Below are positions 58,172 through 64,000 of a DNA stretch of 64,000 nt, piece after piece. The stretch is from Anaerolineales bacterium (GTDB taxonomy: Bacteria; Chloroflexota; Anaerolineae; Anaerolineales; UBA11579). Position 1 is the first letter of the stretch, and every line of letters begins with the position of its first letter. Position numbers and translations under genes: made by a program. The notes below the pieces were generated by a model. That model saw only the letters and a list, made by a program, of their open reading frames with translations, had not been told where the DNA came from and searched no databases. Location of the stretch: assembly GCA_963662985.1 (NCBI GenBank), contig OY760067.1, positions 1,407,287-1,471,286 of the forward strand, given 5' to 3'.

Positions 58172-59506
58172 ATGCACATGGATAAAGATCAGATAATCGA
58201 ATTTTTCAAAGAAACTCTTCAAAATTTATTGCGATGGTTCAAACCAGGGTTGCATGTTAAACGTTGGTTAGCGCTCATTCTCTTGGGTACAACCTTCTTG
58301 GGCGCTGGTGTTGCCTATTGGTTATTAGATTTTTACAGAACAACGCCCAATAACTGGGCTATTTCTTTGCTCAAAGTGATTTCTCTTTCATTCTTACCAC
58401 GTATCATACGTGTTTTGATATTTTTAGCCATTGGGTTTGGGCTCATTATCGCAGGCATCTATGGACTTAATCGATCCCTGCTCAGTCCCTATACAACATC
58501 TTCAGGTTCTGTCGTCGGCAAATTAGAATCCTTCCGTCTCAAAGAACGTGGTCCTCGCATTGTGGTCATTGGCGGGGGACATGGCCTCTCCAACATCCTC
58601 AGTGGGCTTAAAAAATATTCCTCCAATATCACCGCTGTCGTCACCGTTGCCGATGATGGTGGTTCCTCAGGCAAATTACGAGAAAGTCTTGGCATTCTTC
58701 CCCCTGGCGACATTCGCAACTGCCTCGCTGCCTTGTCAGATGATGAAGGTCTCGTGCGCGAACTTTTCCAATACCGTTTTTCAAACGAGGATGAAAGCCT
58801 CAAAGGCCACAGCTTCGGCAACTTGTTTCTCAGTGCCCTCACCCAAATCACAGGCTCATTTGAAAAAGCAGTTGACGAGTCAGCCCGCGTCTTGTCTGTG
58901 AATGGTCAAGTCCTCCCCGCTTCTCTCACCGATATCCAACTCATAGCAGATAAAGAACTGCCCGGCTGGCGTAGAGAAGTTCGTATTCGTGGAGAAAGCA
59001 TCATCCCTAAAATGAGTGGCAACGTCAAACGTGTATGGCTAGAGCCCAACAACCCGCCAGCTCATCCCAAAGTTATCCAAGCTATCCTCACTGCCGATCT
59101 GATTGTCATCGGCCCCGGCAGCCTCTATACCAGCATTCTTCCTAACTTACTCATTCAAGATATCACCGCGGCCATCAAAGTCAGCAATGCCCTCAAGCTC
59201 TATGTTTGCAACCTCGTCACACAAGCAGGGGAGACAGATAATTATTCCGTAGAAGATCATATCAAAGCCATTGAAGATCATTCTTCCAAACGTTTATTCA
59301 ATCTCACCATTTGTAATAATAATTACGATGGTGATATTCCTCAAAATTTGTCATGGGTCAAACGCAATGGACAATTAGATGGCCGTTATGATTTTTATGA
59401 AACCAATCTCAATCACCCCAACTTCCCCGGTCAGCATGATCCCAACAAAACAGCCAAGGCTATCATGGATCTTTACCAAGAGCGTACAGGTCCTTTAATT
59501 CTATAA
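58172..59506 (+). CDS. yvcK: YvcK/GlmR-family UDP-GlcNAc-binding protein with N-terminal membrane region
   Basis: GGGHGLS, DDGGSSG, PPGDIRN, GHSFGNL, GPGSLYTSI; start may be ATG 58178. Confidence 0.92.
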   Translation: MHMDKDQIIEFFKETLQNLLRWFKPGLHVKRWLALILLGTTFLGAGVAYWLLDFYRTTPNNWAISLLKVISLSFLPRIIRVLIFLAIGFGLIIAGIYGLNRSLLSPYTTSSGSVVGKLESFRLKERGPRIVVIGGGHGLSNILSGLKKYSSNITAVVTVADDGGSSGKLRESLGILPPGDIRNCLAALSDDEGLVRELFQYRFSNEDESLKGHSFGNLFLSALTQITGSFEKAVDESARVLSVNGQVLPASLTDIQLIADKELPGWRREVRIRGESIIPKMSGNVKRVWLEPNNPPAHPKVIQAILTADLIVIGPGSLYTSILPNLLIQDITAAIKVSNALKLYVCNLVTQAGETDNYSVEDHIKAIEDHSSKRLFNLTICNNNYDGDIPQNLSWVKRNGQLDGRYDFYETNLNHPNFPGQHDPNKTAKAIMDLYQERTGPLIL

Positions 59507-59535
59507 ATCAAAATTCCGAACAAATGGAGCAATAA

Positions 59536-61941
59536 ATGACAGTCTATTCCCTTGAAAATGAATTTATTCGCGTCGACATAGAAAATCAAGATCAAACCAT
59601 TAGTCTCTTTGAAAAACAGATTAGTGGGATTGAGATTAAAAATGCTTATTTAGACATGAAGTATTCTAAGAACGGCAAAACCTATTCAGGTCGGCGACAA
59701 TGGGAAAATTGCACCGTCAGTTCTATTGAACCAGTAGAAACCGTTCACGGCACCGGACAACGCCGCTTTGTCACCATCCCCAATGATGATAACCTCGTTC
59801 ATACCACAGTCGAGTTCATCCTTTTAGACAATGCTCCCAAACTGCTTTGGAAAATGAAAACCCACAACAACGGCGATGCACCCATCTATATGGAACGTAT
59901 GGAAATGTTCCGTGTGGGCTATATGATTGTTACATCATCAGTCAAAGATGCTCGCAAAACCGAGACCGGCAGCATTCAAATTCACCCCGATGCTTCATCT
60001 CTTGTTTTCTATTCAAACGGATGGCAATCCTGGGCATTTTCCGGCACTTATAACTATTTTGAAAAATATCGTCAAACCAAACTAGACTTTGTTCAAGGGA
60101 TGATGAACTATAACCCCGGCACCCCCAAGCCAAAGAAAACTGCGTCTTTTGCCAGTGACATGTACGCCCTCTATGGCGATATTCATCATAAAAAAGCAGT
60201 CGTCTTAGGCTTTCTTTCTCAAAAGAAACATTTCGGCTCGCTCGAAGCACTCACCCATTCCAAATATCCCGCTTTGCGCATGTGGGCCAATGGCGATCAC
60301 ACTCGCATAGACCCCGGGCAGATGATGGAAACCGACTGGGCATATTTTATGCCTGTTGACCTAAATACACAGGAACCACTTGCTGAATATTATCAAGATG
60401 TCGCCCAAGAACATGGCATCGCGCATAAATTTGAACAAACCGAAGTCCCCCAAGGCTGGTGTTCATGGTACGAGCATTTTGAACATATCTCAGAACAGAT
60501 TATCCTTGCCAACCTAGAGACTGCCGAGAATATTAAAGAAGCACTTCCTTTAGACCTCATTCAAATTGATGATGGCTATCAAACTAAAGTCGGTGATTGG
60601 CTCACCACCCGTGAAGTCTTTCCCAACGGCATCAAACCTATCGCCCAAGAAATCAAAGCCAAAGGGTTCACCCCCGGTCTTTGGATGGCGCCTTTTTCCA
60701 TTAGCCAATCCTCACAAGTCTTCGCCCAGCATCCAGAATGGATTCTCAAATATGAAAAACAACCCGTACGTGCTGGCTGGCTCCCGCAATGGGGCAAAGG
60801 TCAATCCACAGCCCTCGATCTCACCAATCCTGAGGCCAAAGCCTATCTGCATCATTTCATCAAAACCGTGGTCGAAGACTGGGGCATAGACTACCTCAAA
60901 CTCGATTTTCTCTATTCAGCCGCAGTTCAATGTCAATATCAAGACCCCACCAAAACGCGTGCACAAGTCCTCCGTATGGGCTTAGAAACCATCCGAGAAG
61001 CTGCCGGGCCACAAACTCGCATTCTAGGCTGTGGCTGCCCACTCGGGCCTGCCATTGGTCTGGTTGATGCCATGCGCATTGGTCCTGATGTAGAAGAAAC
61101 TTGGCTACCGCAATTCAAAGGCATCAAATTTATCGTCCAAAATGAACCTAGCATGCCATCTGCGCGTCTTGCCATTCGCAACACCATCGAACGCACGGGC
61201 ATGCACCGCCGCTGGTGGATTAACGATCCCGATTGTCTCTTACTTCGTCCCAATGCCAAACTCACCATGGATGAAATCCAATCTCTCACCACCACCATTG
61301 GAATGAGTGGGGGCTCCATGTTGCTTTCCGATGACATGCCCAACTTACCCGAAGACCGCTTCCGCCTAGCCCAAATCCTCATGCCCATCATCGGCAAACG
61401 CCCCCTCGTACCAGATCAATTTGAAGCCCTTGATCCCAGCCAAATGCGCCTAGACCTTGAAGGGCCAATTGGCAAGTGGCACCTCATCTCCTATCTCAAC
61501 TGGAGCAACAAACCCACCTCACTTACTCTTAAACTCAGAGACTATGGCCTTGATCCCAACCTTGAATATATTGCTCATGAGTTTTGGACTGGCGCACAGA
61601 TTCCCGTTCAAAAAGGGCAAATCAAAGTGGAGCACCTCGCCGCTCATGGCACTGCCCTCTACGCCCTCTACCCCAAAACCAACCAAGCCCAATATATTGG
61701 CTCCAATTTGCATCTTTCGCAAGGTCTTGAAGTTACTTCATGGGAATCAGCTACTAATATGCTTAGTTTTACAATCGAAACGATTGGTACTATCACAGGA
61801 ACATTTGATTTATGGCTTTCTCAAACGCCTACTTCTGCTATAGCAAATGGAGAGCAGTTAAATTTCAAAGAAATAGGTGAAAATATTTTTAGATTTACAA
61901 TAAATGAGCAGAAAAAAACAAAAATCCAAATTCATTTATAA
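59536..61941 (+). CDS. GH36-type alpha-galactosidase
   Basis: GWCSWY, QIDDGYQ, YLKLDF, MRIGPD, NDPDC. Confidence 0.88.
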   Translation: MTVYSLENEFIRVDIENQDQTISLFEKQISGIEIKNAYLDMKYSKNGKTYSGRRQWENCTVSSIEPVETVHGTGQRRFVTIPNDDNLVHTTVEFILLDNAPKLLWKMKTHNNGDAPIYMERMEMFRVGYMIVTSSVKDARKTETGSIQIHPDASSLVFYSNGWQSWAFSGTYNYFEKYRQTKLDFVQGMMNYNPGTPKPKKTASFASDMYALYGDIHHKKAVVLGFLSQKKHFGSLEALTHSKYPALRMWANGDHTRIDPGQMMETDWAYFMPVDLNTQEPLAEYYQDVAQEHGIAHKFEQTEVPQGWCSWYEHFEHISEQIILANLETAENIKEALPLDLIQIDDGYQTKVGDWLTTREVFPNGIKPIAQEIKAKGFTPGLWMAPFSISQSSQVFAQHPEWILKYEKQPVRAGWLPQWGKGQSTALDLTNPEAKAYLHHFIKTVVEDWGIDYLKLDFLYSAAVQCQYQDPTKTRAQVLRMGLETIREAAGPQTRILGCGCPLGPAIGLVDAMRIGPDVEETWLPQFKGIKFIVQNEPSMPSARLAIRNTIERTGMHRRWWINDPDCLLLRPNAKLTMDEIQSLTTTIGMSGGSMLLSDDMPNLPEDRFRLAQILMPIIGKRPLVPDQFEALDPSQMRLDLEGPIGKWHLISYLNWSNKPTSLTLKLRDYGLDPNLEYIAHEFWTGAQIPVQKGQIKVEHLAAHGTALYALYPKTNQAQYIGSNLHLSQGLEVTSWESATNMLSFTIETIGTITGTFDLWLSQTPTSAIANGEQLNFKEIGENIFRFTINEQKKTKIQIHL

Positions 61942-61952
61942 TTTTTTTCAAT

Positions 61953-61987
61953 TAAAAAACTCCTTTGCTTTGCAAAGGAGTTTTTAA
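61953..61987. terminator. Bidirectional terminator
   Basis: AAAAAACTCCTTTGC-TTT-GCAAAGGAGTTTTT. Confidence 0.88.
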
Positions 61988-62010
61988 TCAAAATTTATTC
62001 AATAAATTTT

Positions 62011-63240
62011 TTATTCAAATTCTGTCCAGCTTGTAATTTGAGGATATATTTCAGCCCTTGCTGGAACACCATTAAATGTAATTCCAGGATCAACAGCGCT
62101 AATACTATTTCCTAAAATAAAATCAAGATAGGTATAACCAGAACCAATAATTTCATCGTTTTCATCGTAAACAATTACGTTAATTACCAAATCAGAAATA
62201 TTTTCTGCATATGGATTTGAAATTTGCCCCGTTACTTTAGAAGAATAATCGCCAACTTGAATAGAAATATTATCAACTGTAAATTCTTCAGGCGTATCAT
62301 AAGCAACAAAATCGCCATTCAAAATTTGAATATCTATAGAAGCAACTTCATAACCATCTAATAAATAAGGTTCATCTGCAATACCAATTGTTTGATTAGG
62401 ATAAAGAATGTCAATATAATCGTATTCAGTATCAATCACATATCCATCGCTTGTAAAACTTGTAATTTGATAATAAGAATCTTCAATAGCATATGCTTGA
62501 TTCGGGTTAGAAATAATAAACCCAACTCCAAGAGAATAATCATCTTGTCCAAACCCATATTTTAGAATTTCAATTGGTTTTGCATCACCTACAACAGTAT
62601 TATCTGAAAAATACGATTTTACTGCATATAATTCAGCATGATCTACTTCTCCAGCATAAGTAGTTGAAGCTTCAGTGCCTATTTCAGAATTTGCTAAAGC
62701 AAAATTCAAATAAGTATACCCACCACCAATAATATTATCATTTACATCATATAAAATTGCATTAATTCTTGCACTTTTTAGGATCTCATCATAAGGATTA
62801 AGTAAAATACCAGAAACATAAGATGAATAATCATCTTCTGAAAAATGAATGTTTGAAATTGTGATTGGGTTTTCATCTGACATTTCATAATCATCAGCTT
62901 TTACTTGAATTTGAATTGATGCAACTACAACACCATCATCAAGATATATTTCATCAGATATGCCTAATGTTTGCCCTGGTAAAATTTGATCAATATAAGA
63001 AGATTCACTCTCGACAACCACACCAGATTCATCGAATACTGCTACTGAATATGCTACATCCGTTAACATTAACTCTGTATTTGGATTCTCAATAATAAAT
63101 GAATAGGCAAAGTTTTGATCATCTTGCCCAAATCCATATTTATGAATGATGGGTTGTGAAAATTCTTGTCCAAAAACTATTGTTTGACTCACTAGCAAAA
63201 TTAATACGATTACGATAAATAGAATTGTTTTTTTCCTCAT
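62011..63240 (-). CDS. Secreted acidic protein with four FxLYD-like domains
   Basis: Signal peptide; repeated N...(V/I)xxYD..G/D.(V/I)I units; internal duplication KYGFGQDD x2. Confidence 0.78.
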   Translation of the reverse strand: MRKKTILFIVIVLILLVSQTIVFGQEFSQPIIHKYGFGQDDQNFAYSFIIENPNTELMLTDVAYSVAVFDESGVVVESESSYIDQILPGQTLGISDEIYLDDGVVVASIQIQVKADDYEMSDENPITISNIHFSEDDYSSYVSGILLNPYDEILKSARINAILYDVNDNIIGGGYTYLNFALANSEIGTEASTTYAGEVDHAELYAVKSYFSDNTVVGDAKPIEILKYGFGQDDYSLGVGFIISNPNQAYAIEDSYYQITSFTSDGYVIDTEYDYIDILYPNQTIGIADEPYLLDGYEVASIDIQILNGDFVAYDTPEEFTVDNISIQVGDYSSKVTGQISNPYAENISDLVINVIVYDENDEIIGSGYTYLDFILGNSISAVDPGITFNGVPARAEIYPQITSWTEFE

Positions 63241-63410
63241 TTTTATAATTACTCTCCCTTAAAAATTAAAAAATTTTTATTATTTGAAATTAAGCACAGT
63301 ATATCATAAATCATAAAAATACTATTTCAAATGTCTTAGCTAATTCTAATTTGACAAATATACTCCGTGATGTTATCATCACGCTACAAAATTTAATAAC
63401 CCTAAAGACA

Positions 63411-63511
63411 CTCTTATCCAGAGAGGTGGAGGGAACCGGCCCTATGAAACCTCGGCAACCTGATTATTAATCAAGGTGCCAATTCCGACAGAAGATTCTG
63501 GAAGATGAGAG
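63411..63511 (+). ncRNA. SAM-I (S-box) riboswitch aptamer
   Basis: CTCTTATCCAGAGAGGTGGAGGGA..GGCCC.ATGAAACC.CGGCAACC...GGTGCCAATTCC...GATGAGAG, upstream of metK. Confidence 0.97.
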
Positions 63512-63532
63512 GGACTCATTCAAAATGATAGA

Positions 63533-63568
63533 AGCCCTTTCTGCGTGTAACTAGAAGGGGCTTTTTTT
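63533..63568 (+). terminator. Riboswitch expression-platform terminator
   Basis: AGCCCTTTCT...AGAAGGGGCTTTTTTT between the aptamer and the metK RBS. Confidence 0.88.
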
Positions 63569-63588
63569 ATGGAGGTATCAGAAATACT

Positions 63589-64000
63589 ATGAGTACATTT
63601 ATGGAATCACCCAGCTTGATGTTTACATCAGAATCCGTCACCGAAGGTCACCCCGACAAAATGTGTGATCAAATTAGTGATGCAGTCTTAGACGCTTGTT
63701 TAGCCCAAGACCCGCAATCCCGCGTTGCATGTGAAACTGCTATCAAAACAGGCTTTGTCTTGTTATTAGGCGAAATCACCACCCAAGCCCACATCAACTA
63801 TGACCAACTTGTCCGCGACACCGTTGTCAAAATTGGCTACGATCGCGCAAAATACGGTTTTGACGGACACACCTGTGGTGTCCAAGTCGCAGTTGCCCAA
63901 CAATCTGGCGACATCGCCATGGGTGTCGACAAAGGGCTCGAAGCCAAAGCCGGCGAAATAAGCGAAGAAGAAATTGAAGAGATTGGGGCAGGGGACCAAG
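63589..64000 (+). CDS. metK: S-adenosylmethionine synthetase (3' truncated; absent from the ORF track)
   Basis: [38 protein letters not shown]; GGAGG RBS. Confidence 0.97.
   Translation, partial: MSTFMESPSLMFTSESVTEGHPDKMCDQISDAVLDACLAQDPQSRVACETAIKTGFVLLLGEITTQAHINYDQLVRDTVVKIGYDRAKYGFDGHTCGVQVAVAQQSGDIAMGVDKGLEAKAGEISEEEIEEIGAGDQ

Overview
64-kb bacterial chromosomal window, AT-rich by eye, mostly housekeeping. The gene style (DUF5679-type zinc ribbon fused to TopA, short EF-Ts, Pro/Thr-linked membrane-anchored LysM protein) suggests an anaerobic Chloroflexota (Anaerolineae-like) organism; this is inference. Contents in order: uvrA (5' truncated); trxA; tRNA-Lys(UUU); an orphan lantibiotic-immunity block (lanFEG plus RK); ffh-rpsP-khpA-rimM; dprA-manC-topA; adhE; rex-PAS-SpoIIE; tnaA-cobB; rrf2-tauE; a GH13; rpsB-tsf-pyrH (minus strand); two paralogous small membrane proteins (one missed by the ORF track); ppdK; an NLR-like STAND ATPase with 14 TPR repeats of 126 bp, most near-identical; frr-uppS-cdsA; two paralogous secreted repeat proteins with a two-component system; yvcK; a GH36; a SAM-I riboswitch; metK (3' truncated). 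No integrase, transposase, CRISPR array or rRNA was seen. Best candidates for something new: (1) a Rex-controlled redox module next to adhE, in which the PAS/coiled-coil tail of an HfsB/HydS-type sensory hydrogenase exists as a stand-alone protein coupled to an HfsC-like phosphatase, with no hydrogenase in the window, plus a candidate Rex-repressed sRNA; (2) the NLR-like protein with hypervariable repeats and an unrecognised N-terminal domain; (3) the twin small membrane proteins, one enclosed by a 13-bp inverted repeat; (4) an apparent ~10-kb inversion separating pyrH from frr. All family calls come from motif recognition, not database searches.
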